DNA from: Actinomycetes bacterium
Lineage (GTDB): Bacteria > Actinomycetota > Acidimicrobiia > Acidimicrobiales > Bog-793
Length of the DNA: 64,000 bases
Assembly (NCBI GenBank): GCA_021838945.1
Contig: JAKCCH010000003.1
Coordinates: forward strand, 792-64,791
Direction: 5' to 3'
How positions within the stretch are numbered: the first letter of the stretch is position 1; each line of letters opens with the position of its first letter. The position numbers were made by a program, and so were the translations under genes. The notes beneath the pieces were generated by a model that did no database searches, was not told the origin of the DNA, and saw only the letters and a program-made list of their open reading frames with translations. Positions 1-13,634 of the stretch are shown in pieces.

Positions 1-458
1 GTTGCGTCCTGCGGCGAGAACTCGACGTCGTCGAGGTGCTCGCGGGCCCGGCTCACGCCGCTCCGAACCTCGGTCAGCACCTGAGCCTCCGTCATCTTGA
101 GCATGTGCTCCATATGGCTCGGGCTCGTCGAGATGAAGACGTGGATGCGGGAACGGTCGGCGTCCCTCACCGCCTCGTAGCAGCGGTCGACGTCGGCGAG
201 GTTCGTCCGGGAGAGCCCGCAGACGACCGGTCCGTGGACGTTGCGCGCGATCGCCTGCACCGCCTCGAACTCCCCCTCGCTCGCCACCGGGAAGCCCGCC
301 TCGAGGTAGTCGACACCGAGTCGGGCCAGCTGCTCGGCGATCTCGAGCTTCTCGCCGGCGTCGAGCGAGATGCCCGGCGCCTGCTCGCCGTCGCGAAGCG
401 TCGTGTCGAAGATCACGACCCTCTCGTCGGTGGGCGGTGGTGTCGTCTTCGCTGTCAT
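1..458 (-). CDS. leuA: 2-isopropylmalate synthase, N-terminal part (gene runs off the left edge)
   Basis: Absent from the ORF track because it has no stop in the window. My minus-strand translation from the ATG at 458-456 reads MTAKTTPPPTDERVVIFDTTLRDGEQAPGISLDAGEKLEIAEQLARLGVDYLEAGFP..., which carries the LeuA/HMGL-like N-terminal signature FDTTLRDGEQ. Confidence 0.9.
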   Translation of the reverse strand, partial: MTAKTTPPPTDERVVIFDTTLRDGEQAPGISLDAGEKLEIAEQLARLGVDYLEAGFPVASEGEFEAVQAIARNVHGPVVCGLSRTNLADVDRCYEAVRDADRSRIHVFISTSPSHMEHMLKMTEAQVLTEVRSGVSRAREHLDDVEFSPQDA

Positions 459-531
459 CGGTCTACCTCGTGGTCGGTGTGCGTGGGGTCTTCAAGCTGT
501 GTCGAATGGAGGGAAAGAGAGCTCGGGCAAC

Positions 532-565
532 AAAAAACCTCCCGGCCCGAAATGGGCACAGGAGG
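532..565 (-). terminator. Intrinsic-terminator-like hairpin plus U6 tract about 70 nt upstream of the leuA ATG (candidate attenuator)
   Basis: The minus-strand RNA reads CCUCC-UGU-GCCC-AUUUC-GGGC-CG-GGAGG followed by UUUUUUG. A T6 run is rare in this GC-rich window. It lies downstream of the Leu-rich leader ORF. Confidence 0.6.
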
Positions 566-569
566 TCGT

Positions 570-591
570 GGCGAGCGCTATGGCGCTCGCC
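570..591 (-). promoter_or_regulatory. Perfect 9-bp stem, 4-nt loop hairpin starting 1 nt after the leader-peptide stop codon
   Basis: Minus strand reads GGCGAGCGC-CAUA-GCGCUCGCC. A ribosome near the end of the leader ORF would occlude its 5' arm. Confidence 0.5.
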
Positions 592-592
592 G

Positions 593-631
593 TCAGGTAA
601 GGAGCAGGAAGAGGGTGATCGTGCTCGGCAT
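593..631 (-). promoter_or_regulatory. Candidate leucine leader peptide (12 aa) of leuA
   Basis: ATG CCG AGC ACG ATC ACC CTC TTC CTG CTC CTT ACC TGA translates to MPSTITLFLLLT, with 4 Leu among the last 6 sense codons. It is too short for the ORF track and was read by hand. Confidence 0.6.
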
Positions 632-640
632 GTGCACACC

Positions 641-669
641 AGTGTGGGCGAAGGCAGCCATTCCGTCAA
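641..669 (-). promoter_or_regulatory. Putative promoter of the leuA leader (-35 TTGACG, 17-nt spacer, -10-like CACACT)
   Basis: Minus strand reads TTGACG (669-664), a 17-nt spacer, then CACACT (646-641). The leader ATG lies 9 nt downstream of the -10 box, so the transcript would be leaderless or nearly so. This rests on motif inspection only. Confidence 0.35.
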
Positions 670-678
670 GCCGGCGGC

Positions 679-733
679 GCACCGGGGACGCACCGGGGAC
701 TCATAGGGGACGCATCGGGGACGCATCGGGGAC
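679..733. repeat. Five tandem 11-bp repeats directly upstream of the putative leuA-leader -35 box
   Basis: Plus-strand units are GCACCGGGGAC, GCACCGGGGAC, TCATAGGGGAC, GCATCGGGGAC and GCATCGGGGAC, contiguous at 679, 690, 701, 712 and 723. Confidence 0.85.
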
Positions 734-760
734 GAGGGCTGCGAGTCACGCACTCCAGGG

Positions 761-849
761 CCCGGGAATCGATAGGCGCGAACGCCTGGCGCGAAAGCCG
801 GCGAAATGACGGCTAAGTCTCCCAGGGTTCGCGCCTATCGTTTCCCGGG
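761..849. repeat. 23-bp near-perfect inverted repeat (22/23) around a 43-nt spacer, possibly the ABC-operon terminator hairpin
   Basis: The left arm CCCGGGAATCGATAGGCGCGAAC (761-783) matches the reverse complement of 827-849, CCCGGGAAACGATAGGCGCGAAC. It lies 40-130 nt downstream of the permease stop at 891 on the minus strand. There is no U tract. Confidence 0.5.
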
Positions 850-890
850 CGACCAGAGCCGGGCGCTGCGGCTCAGGTGCCGCCACACGT

Positions 891-1712
891 TCAGCCCTTC
901 ACGGCGCCCGCAGTCAGCCCGCGCACGAGCTGGCGCTGGAACAGGAACAGGACGGCGAAGATCGGAAGTGCGGCGAGGATCGTCCCGGCGAAGACCACGT
1001 TGGGCGCGCTTACCGACAACCCCTCCAGCTGGCGGAGACCAACTTGCACGGTCCGCCGGGCATCGGTGTTCGTGACGAGCAGCGGCCAGAGGTACTGGTT
1101 CCACGCGCCGAGCCAGGCGAAGATCGCGAAGGCGGAGAGCATCGGGCGGTTGAGCGGGAGCACCACGCGCAACAGGAAGCGCCAATGCCCGTACCCGTCC
1201 AGCACCGCCGCATCCCTGAGCTCGCGGGGAAGCTGGCGGAAGGACTGCCGGAACAGGAAGATGCCGAGGCCGCTCGCGACGAACGGGACGATCAGGGCGG
1301 GGTACGTGTCGAACCAGCCGAACACCTGGATCGTTCGGTAGTTCGGGATGATCGTGACCTCGGCCGGGACCATGAGCGTGGCGAGGCACAGCCCGAACAG
1401 CACCCGCTTCAGCGGGAACTCGAGGAAGGCGAACGCATAGGCCGCGAGCACCGACGTCGCCACCGAGCCCACGGTGATCGATATCGAGACGATCGCGCTC
1501 GTGCGCAGGTACTGGCTCAGGGACCCGCCCGACCATGCCTGTGAGAAGTCGCTCCAGAGCGGGTGCGACGGGAACAGCACCGGCGGCCGGTGGCCGATCA
1601 GCTGAACGGGGAGCAAGGCATTGACGACGGTGATGTAGATCGGGAACAGCACCACGACCGCGATGGCGGCCAGCAGCAGGTAGCGGAGCGAGGTCCTAAC
1701 GCTCGTCCGCAT
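891..1712 (-). CDS. ABC transporter permease (MalG/UgpE-type, carbohydrate or glycerophosphodiester uptake family)
   Basis: 273-aa hydrophobic ORF with the EAA-loop region RDAAVLDGYGHWRFLLRVVLPLNRP. Its ATG overlaps the upstream permease by 17 nt. Confidence 0.9.
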   Translation of the reverse strand: MRTSVRTSLRYLLLAAIAVVVLFPIYITVVNALLPVQLIGHRPPVLFPSHPLWSDFSQAWSGGSLSQYLRTSAIVSISITVGSVATSVLAAYAFAFLEFPLKRVLFGLCLATLMVPAEVTIIPNYRTIQVFGWFDTYPALIVPFVASGLGIFLFRQSFRQLPRELRDAAVLDGYGHWRFLLRVVLPLNRPMLSAFAIFAWLGAWNQYLWPLLVTNTDARRTVQVGLRQLEGLSVSAPNVVFAGTILAALPIFAVLFLFQRQLVRGLTAGAVKG

Positions 1713-2579
1713 AGAAGACCTTCCGCTGGATGATGGAGAACTGGACGAGGGTCAAGAGGACGAGGATGAGGAACAGGGCGACTGCCATGACCGACGCCGT
1801 TCCCGTGTCGGCGTTGATGTAGAAGGTGGTGTAGATCTGGTAGAGCAGGACGTTCGTGTGACCGTTGGGGCCGCCCTGGGTCAACAGGTCGATCTGGCCG
1901 AACGTCTGGAACCCTGCGATCACGCCGACGATCGCGGCGAAGAACAGCGTGGGCGAGATGAGTGGCATCGTGACCCGGAAGAAGCGCCGCCCCCCCGACG
2001 CCCCGTCGATAGCCGCCGCCTCCAGCAGATCCTCGGGCACCGAGGCGAGGGCGGCACTCATGAGGATGAACGAGAAACCGAGGTTCTGCCACACCGACAC
2101 CACCGCCACCGCCGGCAGTGCGAAGGTGGGGTTGCCGAGCAGTCCCGTCCCGCCGCGCTGGCCGATCCAGTACGCGAACAGACCGGTCGTCGGGTCGAGC
2201 AGCGTGAAGAAGATGACCGAGGCGACGGCGACCGACGTTGCGATGGTCGACGAGAACACGATGCGGAACAGGCGGATCCCGCGCAATTGGCGGTGCGCAG
2301 CCACGGCCATGCCGAGTCCGATGGCGATGCCCGTCGGAACTGTGAACAGGACGAACAACGTCGAGTTGAAGAGCGGCGCCAGGAACTGCGAGTGCGAGAG
2401 CACCGTCGAGTACTGCGAGAACCCGACGTAGTGCGACGGCAGCCCGGGGAACGGCGCCACACGGTAGAAGCCGAGGTAAACCGTCTTCACGAGGGGATAG
2501 AAGACGAAGATCACGAACGCGGCGAACGCCGGAACGGTCATCAGATAGGCGAGGAGGACGTCCCGGGTACGGCGCGACC

Positions 2580-2583
<4 letters not shown>
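1696..2583 (-). CDS. ABC transporter permease (MalF/UgpA-type)
   Basis: Track ORF 1696-2784 trimmed to the ATG at 2583 (MRSRRTRDVLLAYLMTVPAF...), giving an ATGA overlap with the ATPase stop. EAA motif is EAAAIDGASGGRRFFRVTMPL. Confidence 0.88.
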
Positions 2584-3652
<1,069 letters not shown>

Positions 3653-3656
<4 letters not shown>

Positions 3657-5119
3657 CCTCCGACGCTGCTGTTGTAGGCGCTGATGGCCTGGTTCCCGGC
3701 CGACACCGCCGACGCGAGCGCGGAGGTGGGCGACGTCCCGTTCGAGATCTCGCTCATCGCGTTCTGGACGTCCGTCTCGATCTGGGCGAGCGCCCCCGAC
3801 ACCGCACCGGCGGTAGCGACATTGGGCTTGGTGCTGGCGATCTCCTCGTAGGCGACTCGCATCTGCGGCGTGTCAGACCATTCCTTCTTCATGGCAGCGG
3901 TCTCGGTAGCGGACCGTGTGATCGGGATGTATCCCGAGCCGATCGCCCATGTGGTCATCGCTGACGGCGAGAGGAGGAACTTGATGAATTGCCAGGCGGC
4001 GTCCTGCTCCTCCGGCGACCGGTCCTTCACGATGTAGAGGCCGGCGCCGCCGTACGGAACGCCGTCTCCGGGCCCGTCGATGCCCGGGATCGGCCCGACA
4101 CCGAGCGTGACGTTGTGGTACTGGCCGCCACCGATGATCTTGAGGACCGTGCCGAGCGCGGCGCTCGTCTCGATCGCCATCGCGACCGACCCGTTCGCGA
4201 TGGCGAGGAGGTTGTCGTAGTTGGTGGCGATCGTCGCTTCGGCGAGCTTCGAGGAGAACATGTCGGAGAGGAACGACATGACCTGCTTCCCGACGCTGCC
4301 ACCGAACTCGACCGCCGTCGCGCGGCCGTGCCGCCCGTTGGAGTTGTTCAACATCAGCGCGCCGGCTTTGGCCACCCAGTCCTCGACGTTCGAGGACGTG
4401 AGCTTGATCGCGGTGCCGTAGGGAAGCGCGGCCCTCGACTTCAGCTGTGCCGACATGTCGTGGTACTCGGCGAAGCTCACCGGTGGCTTGCTCGGGTCGA
4501 GGCCGGCGCTCGCGAAGGTCTTCTTGTTGTAGTACATGATCTGCGCCGAGCAGTTCCACGGCATTGCGTACTGGATCCCGTTGACGGTGAAGTAGTTCGA
4601 GGCTGCAGGGATGACGTCCGAGGCATCGAACGACGTGTCCGCGCGGAGCGCCGCAGCAGCGGGGACGATGCTCCGGCTGTCGATCATGTCCTGCAGGCTG
4701 ATCGACTGGATCTGGACGATCGCAGGCAGGGTCGACGGGCTCGTCAGCGCGGTGCGATAGGCAGTGAACGTGTCGGTGTAGCTGGCCTGGCCGAGCAGCT
4801 TCACCACGATCTTCGACTGGCTGGCGTTGAACTGCCGCACGAGGGTCTGGAGCGTCGACAGGTTCGCGCTCGTCATCGAGTGCCACATCGTGACCGTCAC
4901 GACGCCGCTCGCCTTCTGCGACGCGCCGAGCGGGAAGCTCGGCACGGTGGTGGTGGTGGTACTGCTGCCCTTGTGGCCGCCTCCGCCGGCACTGCCGGTG
5001 CCACTGCTGCAGGAGCCGAGCACCACCCCGGCAGATCCGAGCCCGAGGAGCTCGAGGAAATGCCTGCGGCTCAGGCCGTCACGAGCCGCAGGATCGCTGT
5101 CGGCCTTCCGTCCGTCCAT
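3653..5119 (-). CDS. Extracellular solute-binding lipoprotein (family 1, UgpB-like)
   Basis: Track ORF 3653-5830 trimmed to the ATG at 5119. MDGRKADSDPAARDGLSRRHFLELLGLGSAGVVLGSCSS is a Tat-like signal ending in a lipobox Cys. The 237 upstream codons are an Arg/Gly-rich GC artefact. Confidence 0.85.
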
Positions 5120-5334
5120 GTCCCGACCTCCGCGCTCACGAGCAGTCTCGTCGACAACGTTACAGAAGGTCCGCCTTGGCGCGGCGAACCGCTCGACCGT
5201 CTTGCAGGCTCGGCGTGGCCGTCGGCGCGCCCGGCGCCGAAGCCCGTGCCGTGAGGGCAGAGCCAGAGCCTGCGGAGCCTGGCAGGATCTGTCGAACCTG
5301 CGCAGTCCTGCGAGCCTTCGGGCCGGCCAGGGGG

Positions 5335-5910
5335 CTAGAGCACCGTGGCGAGCTTCACCGAGATGTCCCGCACTCTCGCCTCGTCGACGAGGCTGCGGCG
5401 GGTCGCTTCGCCGTAGAGCGGGTTGGCCACGAACGTCATCAGCCGCTCCCGGGCGGCCTCGAGGTCGAACGTCGTTGTGACCGCCCGGCCGTCCGCCCGG
5501 CTCTCGCCCCCGCCACCCTCGGCCCCGCCACCCTCGGCCCCGCGGTCCGCCTCGCCGTCCGCCCGACCCACGAGGAGCTCCTCGCATCTGGCCAGCTCGT
5601 CGTTGAAGCGGGCGGCGTAGGCCGTCACCGCGCCGGTGTCGACGGCGCCCGCCTCTCTGCGCCCCCGTGATCTGCCGCGCGGCTTCAGGCCGGCGCCGGC
5701 CGCGACGAGGGACAGGCGCGCCGCCGGAGCCCGACCCGCCTCCTCGCGATAGGTGAGAGCAACGGCGACCCCGCCACCGATCAGGCAGGCGGTCGCGACG
5801 ACTGCCACGACGGCCGTCACTGCCCACCAAGGCGAGACGAGCTCACCGACCACGGCGACGACGAGGCCGACGCCCATCGCGATCAACCCGTTCTTACGGC
5901 GCTGTTCCAT
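5335..5910 (-). CDS. Hypothetical membrane protein (two N-terminal TM helices plus a soluble C-terminal region)
   Basis: Track ORF 5335-5973 trimmed to the ATG at 5910 (MEQRRKNGLIAMGVGLVVAVVGELVSPWWAVTAVVAVVATACLIGGGVAVAL...). Third-codon GC is high like its neighbours. I recognise no family. Confidence 0.55.
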   Translation of the reverse strand: MEQRRKNGLIAMGVGLVVAVVGELVSPWWAVTAVVAVVATACLIGGGVAVALTYREEAGRAPAARLSLVAAGAGLKPRGRSRGRREAGAVDTGAVTAYAARFNDELARCEELLVGRADGEADRGAEGGGAEGGGGESRADGRAVTTTFDLEAARERLMTFVANPLYGEATRRSLVDEARVRDISVKLATVL

Positions 5911-6018
5911 CTGCCCTCCCCCCGACCGCCTCTGACCTCTTCCGAGCGAGGTCCTCAGCCGGCCTGCTTGCAAGCCCGCCAGCCCTTCGGCCCACCGGCT
6001 CTTCAGCCCACCAGCCTT

Positions 6019-7595
6019 TCAGCCCGCCAGCATCCGGTGCACGGCCAGGATCCCGTCCTGCCTGCGCAGGTGCTCGAGGACGTCGGTCGGGACGGGCCGG
6101 TCCGTCGTGAGCACCATGAGCGCCGTCGCGGCGTGGCCCTCGGTCTGGCCGACTGCCATCGAGACGATCGAAAGCCCGGCGTCGCCGAGGGTGGTCCCGA
6201 CCGTGCCGACCATGCCAGGGCGGTCGTCGTTGCGGACGACGAGCATGTTCGCAGCGAACGGGACCTCGACCCTCTGCCCGTCGATCGACACGATGCGCTC
6301 GGTGACTGAGATCCCAAGACCGGCGAGCGTGCCCGAGACGGAGTGCTCGCCGCATCGCGCCGTGATCAGGCTGACGTAGTCGCGCGAGGTGCTCGTCGTC
6401 GACGCGGTCACCTCGAGCCCTCGCTCCTCTGCCAGCCGTGGCGCGTTGACGAACGACACCGGCTCCTCGGTGGCCTCCGCGAAGATCCCCTTCAAGAGGG
6501 AGAGCGTGAGGATCCCGGTGTCCTCTCCGGCAAGTCCGCCGGCATAGGAGACCTCGACCGGTCCGGGTAGACCCTCGCAGAGCGCCGTCAGGCAGCGACC
6601 GAGCCGCTCGGCGAGGCCGAGATAGGGGCGGACCACCTCGCTCGCGCCGTGGGCGGCGAGGTTCACGGCATAGGGCACGAAGTCGCCCGCGAGGGCCAGC
6701 ACGATCTGCTCCGCGATCTGCTCGCCCGCCTTGTCCTGTGCCTCCGCCGTGCTCGCGCCGAGGTGCGGGGTCACCACCACTTGGGACATGGCGAACAGCG
6801 GCGAGTCGGTGCAGGGCTCGCTCGCGAACACGTCGAGCGCTGCGCCGGCCACCTTGCCGGACTCGATCGCGTCGGCGAGCGCCTGCTCGTCGAGGACGCC
6901 GCCCCGAGCGGCGTTCACGATCCGGATCCCGGGCTTCGCCTTCTCGAGCAGCTCCTTGCCGACCAGTCCGGCCGTCTCCGGAGTCTTCGGCAGGTGGATG
7001 GTGAGGAAGTCCGCTTCGGCGACGAGCCGGTCGAGGTCGACGAGCTCGATGCCCAGCACGCGGGCACGGTCCGACGAGATGTACGGGTCGTGAGCGACGA
7101 GGCGCATGCCGAACGAGTTGGCACGTTGGGCGACGAGGGTGCCGATGCGGCCGAGCCCGAGGATGCCGAGCGTCTTCCCGTGAAGCTCCGTCCCTTCCCA
7201 TTTCGAACGCTCCCAGCGCCCTGCGACGAGGGCGGCATGCGCCTGCGGCACGTTCCGAGCCATCGCCAGCATCAGGGCCATGGCGTGCTCGGCAGCCGAG
7301 AGGATGTTCGACTCGGGTGCGTTCACGACCATGACGCCGCGTGCCGTCGCGGCCGGCACGTCGACGTTGTCGAGCCCGACGCCGGCCCGACCCACCACGA
7401 CCAGGTCGCGCCCAGCTTCGAGGACGGCGGCTGTCACCTTCGTGGCGGAACGGATCACGAGGGCCTGTGCGCCCGGCACCACCCCGAGCAGCTCCTCAGC
7501 CGACAGGCCGAGACGGACGTCCACCTCGTGGCCTGCGGCGGCCATGGCCTCGAGGCCCTTGTCGGCGAGTTGCTCGGTGACGAGGATGCGAGCCA

Positions 7596-7596
<1 letters not shown>
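6019..7596 (-). CDS. serA: D-3-phosphoglycerate dehydrogenase, long form with C-terminal ASB/ACT domains
   Basis: 525 aa beginning MARILVTEQLADKGLE..., with NAD-binding GLGRIGTLVAQRA and a C-terminal ACT-like region. The long form is typical of actinobacteria. Confidence 0.95.
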
Positions 7597-11050
<3,454 letters not shown>

Positions 11051-11081
11051 ATCTGTCAGTCCCTTCGCTGTTGGTGTTGAT

Positions 11082-11639
11082 CTACTCCGAGCCCGCGACA
11101 GCAGCAAGACCGCGCCCGAGCGACGCCGCCGAGGCCCGCGACCCGAGCTTCGGGAGCGCGACCCGCCCGGTGCGCTGCAGCTCGACGATCCCGTAGGGCC
11201 GCATGAGCTCCTCGAAGTCGTCGAGCGACTCCGGGCTGCCGGCGAGCATGACGCTGATCTCGCGCTGGCCGACGTCGACGATGCTGCCGTTGTAGACCCC
11301 GACGAGCTGGATCACCTGGGCACGCTCGCCGGGGTCGGCGCCGACGGTGACGAGGAGCAGCTCGGCCTCGCGCGCCTCGGAGGGGTGCAGCTCGGAGATC
11401 TCGACAACGTTCACGAGCTTGTCGAGCTGAGCGACGATCTGCTCGAGTGGCGCCGACTCGACGTCGACGACGATGGAGATGCGGCTGAAGCGCTCGTCGT
11501 CGGTCGGGGCGACGGCGAGGGAGAAGATGTTGTACCCGCGCCGGCTGAACAGGCCGGCGACACGTGCGAGCACTCCGGCCTTGTTCTCCACGAGGACCGT
11601 GAGCAGGTGGTGGCGGGGCACCCCCTGCCTGTTGCTCAT
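11082..11639 (-). CDS. ilvN: Acetolactate synthase small (regulatory) subunit
   Basis: Track ORF 11082-12197 trimmed to the ATG at 11639 ([43 protein letters not shown]...), an ACT domain. ATGA overlap with the ilvB stop. Confidence 0.93.
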   Translation of the reverse strand: MSNRQGVPRHHLLTVLVENKAGVLARVAGLFSRRGYNIFSLAVAPTDDERFSRISIVVDVESAPLEQIVAQLDKLVNVVEISELHPSEAREAELLLVTVGADPGERAQVIQLVGVYNGSIVDVGQREISVMLAGSPESLDDFEELMRPYGIVELQRTGRVALPKLGSRASAASLGRGLAAVAGSE

Positions 11640-13450
11640 CGCCCGCCCTCCTCGTCGGCGGCGCGCGCCCCGAGTACCGCCCGCTGCGAAGGATGCACGA
11701 CGATGTCGTCGTTCGACGCGCCGGCCGGCACCATCGGGAACACCTGCTCCATCGAGTCGGTGCGGAAGTCGATCACGACAGGCCGGTCGTCGATCTGGTT
11801 CGCCTTCTCGATCGCCGGGCGCACCTCCTCCGGGGTCTCGACGCGAAGGCCGACGCATCCCATCGCCTCCGCCCAGCCGACGTAGTCGGGAAGATCCGGG
11901 GACAGGTACACCTCGGAGTAGCGCTCCTCGTAGAACATGTGCTGCCACTGGCGGACCATGCCGAGGTAGCCGTTGTTGAGGATGGCGATCTTGACCGGGA
12001 TGCCCTCGGCAGACGCGGTCACGAGCTCCTGAGCGGTCATCTGGAAGCACCCGTCGCCGTCGACGGCCCACACCATCGAGTCCGGGCGCCCCACCTTCGC
12101 CCCGATCGCAGCCGGGATGCTGAAGCCCATCGTGCCGAGCCCACCTGAGTTGACCCAGGAGTACGGCCGCTCGAAACGCCAGAACTGCGACGCCCACATC
12201 TGGTGCTGACCCACGCCCGAGGCGAGGATCGTGTCCTCGGGCGTCGCGTCCCTGAGCGTCTCGAGCACGAACTGGGGCTTCAACAAGGGCGGGCGCCCGG
12301 GCAGCTCGCCGACCGCTGAGGCGGCAGATGCCGACGAGGCCGCCCCCGTCTCCCCATCGCCGTCATAGGCGTACGGGAGCTCGGCACGCCATCGGCTGAC
12401 CTGGTCGCGCCACGGCTGGCGAGCGGCGCGCCGGTCGTCAGCGTCGCCACGGTGGCGGACGGTCTCGGCGATCGCCTCGGTGGCGAGGCGGCAGTCTGCC
12501 GCGAGGCCGACCTCGGGCCGGCGCACCTTGCCGATCTCAGCCTTGTCGATGTCGACGTGGATCACCTTCGCGAGCGGAGCGAACGCCGACACCTTGCCCG
12601 TGACCCGGTCGTCGAACCGGCTGCCGAGAGCGATCAGCAGGTCAGCCCGCTGCATGGCGGTGACCGCCGCGTACGAGCCGTGCATGCCGGGCATGCCGAG
12701 GTTGAGAGGGTGGCTGTCCGGAAGGGCGCCGCGTGCCATCAGCGTCGTGACGACCGGGGTGCCCGTCAGCTCGGCGAGGTCGGCGAGCGCCTCGCAGGCG
12801 CGGGCCTTGAGGATCCCTCCGCCGGCATAGATGACCGGGCGCTCTGCCGCAGCGATGAGGGTGGCGGCGGCTTCGACGGCCGCCCTGTCCGGCTCGGCCA
12901 CCGGCCGGTATCCCGGCAGGTCGACGGACTCCGGCCAGTACCAGTCCATCGTGGCGTTCGAGACGTCCTTCGGCAGGTCGACGAGCACCGGGCCGGGCCT
13001 ACCCGTCGTCGCCACGTGGAACGCCTCCTTGATGACCCGCGGGATGTCGGCGGCGTCGGTGACGAGCCAGTTGTGCTTCGTCACGCCCATCGTGATGCCG
13101 GTGATGTCCGCCTCCTGAAAGGCGTCGGTGCCGATGGAGGTCGACGGGACCTGGCCGGTGATGCAGACGAGCGGGACCGAGTCCATGTAGGCGTCGCAGA
13201 GCGGGGTCACGATGTTCGTGGCACCGGGTCCGCTCGTGACCATGGCGACGCCCGGTTGCCCGGTGACGTGCGCGTAACCCTCCGCCATGTGGCCGGCGCC
13301 CTGCTCGTGGCGCACGAGGATGTGGCGGATCGAAGAGTCGATGATCGGGTCGTAGACGGGGAGGATGGCCCCACCGGGCAGGCCGAATACGACCTCGACG
13401 CCCTGCATCTCGAGGCTCTTCACGAGTGCCTGGGCTCCGGTCAGTTGCAT
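11636..13450 (-). CDS. ilvB: Acetolactate synthase large subunit
   Basis: 604 aa beginning [34 protein letters not shown]..., with the ThDP motif [17 protein letters not shown]...DGDGCFQM...NN. Confidence 0.96.
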   Translation of the reverse strand: MQLTGAQALVKSLEMQGVEVVFGLPGGAILPVYDPIIDSSIRHILVRHEQGAGHMAEGYAHVTGQPGVAMVTSGPGATNIVTPLCDAYMDSVPLVCITGQVPSTSIGTDAFQEADITGITMGVTKHNWLVTDAADIPRVIKEAFHVATTGRPGPVLVDLPKDVSNATMDWYWPESVDLPGYRPVAEPDRAAVEAAATLIAAAERPVIYAGGGILKARACEALADLAELTGTPVVTTLMARGALPDSHPLNLGMPGMHGSYAAVTAMQRADLLIALGSRFDDRVTGKVSAFAPLAKVIHVDIDKAEIGKVRRPEVGLAADCRLATEAIAETVRHRGDADDRRAARQPWRDQVSRWRAELPYAYDGDGETGAASSASAASAVGELPGRPPLLKPQFVLETLRDATPEDTILASGVGQHQMWASQFWRFERPYSWVNSGGLGTMGFSIPAAIGAKVGRPDSMVWAVDGDGCFQMTAQELVTASAEGIPVKIAILNNGYLGMVRQWQHMFYEERYSEVYLSPDLPDYVGWAEAMGCVGLRVETPEEVRPAIEKANQIDDRPVVIDFRTDSMEQVFPMVPAGASNDDIVVHPSQRAVLGARAADEEGGR

Positions 13451-13478
13451 GGCCTGGGGTCCTTCCTTGTCTCTGCCT

Positions 13479-13513
13479 GTGTCGGTCTCGTCGGTGTCGG
13501 TCTCGTCGGTGTC
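13479..13513. repeat. 15-bp tandem repeat (about 2.3 copies) in the ilvB 5' untranslated region
   Basis: GTGTCGGTCTCGTCG occurs at 13479-13493 and 13494-13508, followed by the partial copy GTGTC. It lies between the hairpin at 13531-13554 and the ilvB ribosome-binding site. Confidence 0.8.
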
Positions 13514-13530
13514 TGCCCCCGGATACAGAA

Positions 13531-13554
13531 CGACCTCCCCATCTGGGGAGGTCG
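13531..13554 (-). terminator. 10-bp stem hairpin between gatB and ilvB (ilvB attenuator and/or gatCAB terminator)
   Basis: Minus-strand RNA reads CGACCUCCCC-AGAU-GGGGAGGUCG followed by UUCUGUAUCC. It lies 80 nt upstream of the ilvB ATG and 140 nt downstream of the gatB stop. Confidence 0.5.
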
Positions 13555-13585
13555 GTGTGCGCGGGCGCGAGGTGGCGTCAGCGCA

Positions 13586-13627
13586 CTAGGTGATGAGTAC
13601 GAGTCGGAGCGCGAAGTCAGCTCTCAC
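13586..13627 (-). promoter_or_regulatory. Candidate branched-chain amino acid leader peptide (13 aa) of ilvBNC
   Basis: GTG AGA GCT GAC TTC GCG CTC CGA CTC GTA CTC ATC ACC TAG translates to (M)RADFALRLVLIT. Leu, Val or Ile occupy 5 of the last 7 codons. Read by hand. Confidence 0.45.
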
Positions 13628-13634
13628 GCAAGCA

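Noticed and set aside
36-809. 257-aa plus-strand ORF at the left edge
   Set aside because: It is antisense to the clearly recognisable leuA N-terminus (1-458) and runs through the leuA leader region. The product is Arg/Ala/Gly/Pro-rich with no recognisable motif, a typical GC-driven open frame.
5120-5830. 237-codon N-terminal extension of the solute-binding-protein ORF (track ORF 3653-5830)
   Set aside because: The extension is RGRRGG-type low complexity and overlaps the separately coding hypothetical gene in another frame. The internal ATG at 5119 gives a textbook Tat/lipoprotein signal peptide.
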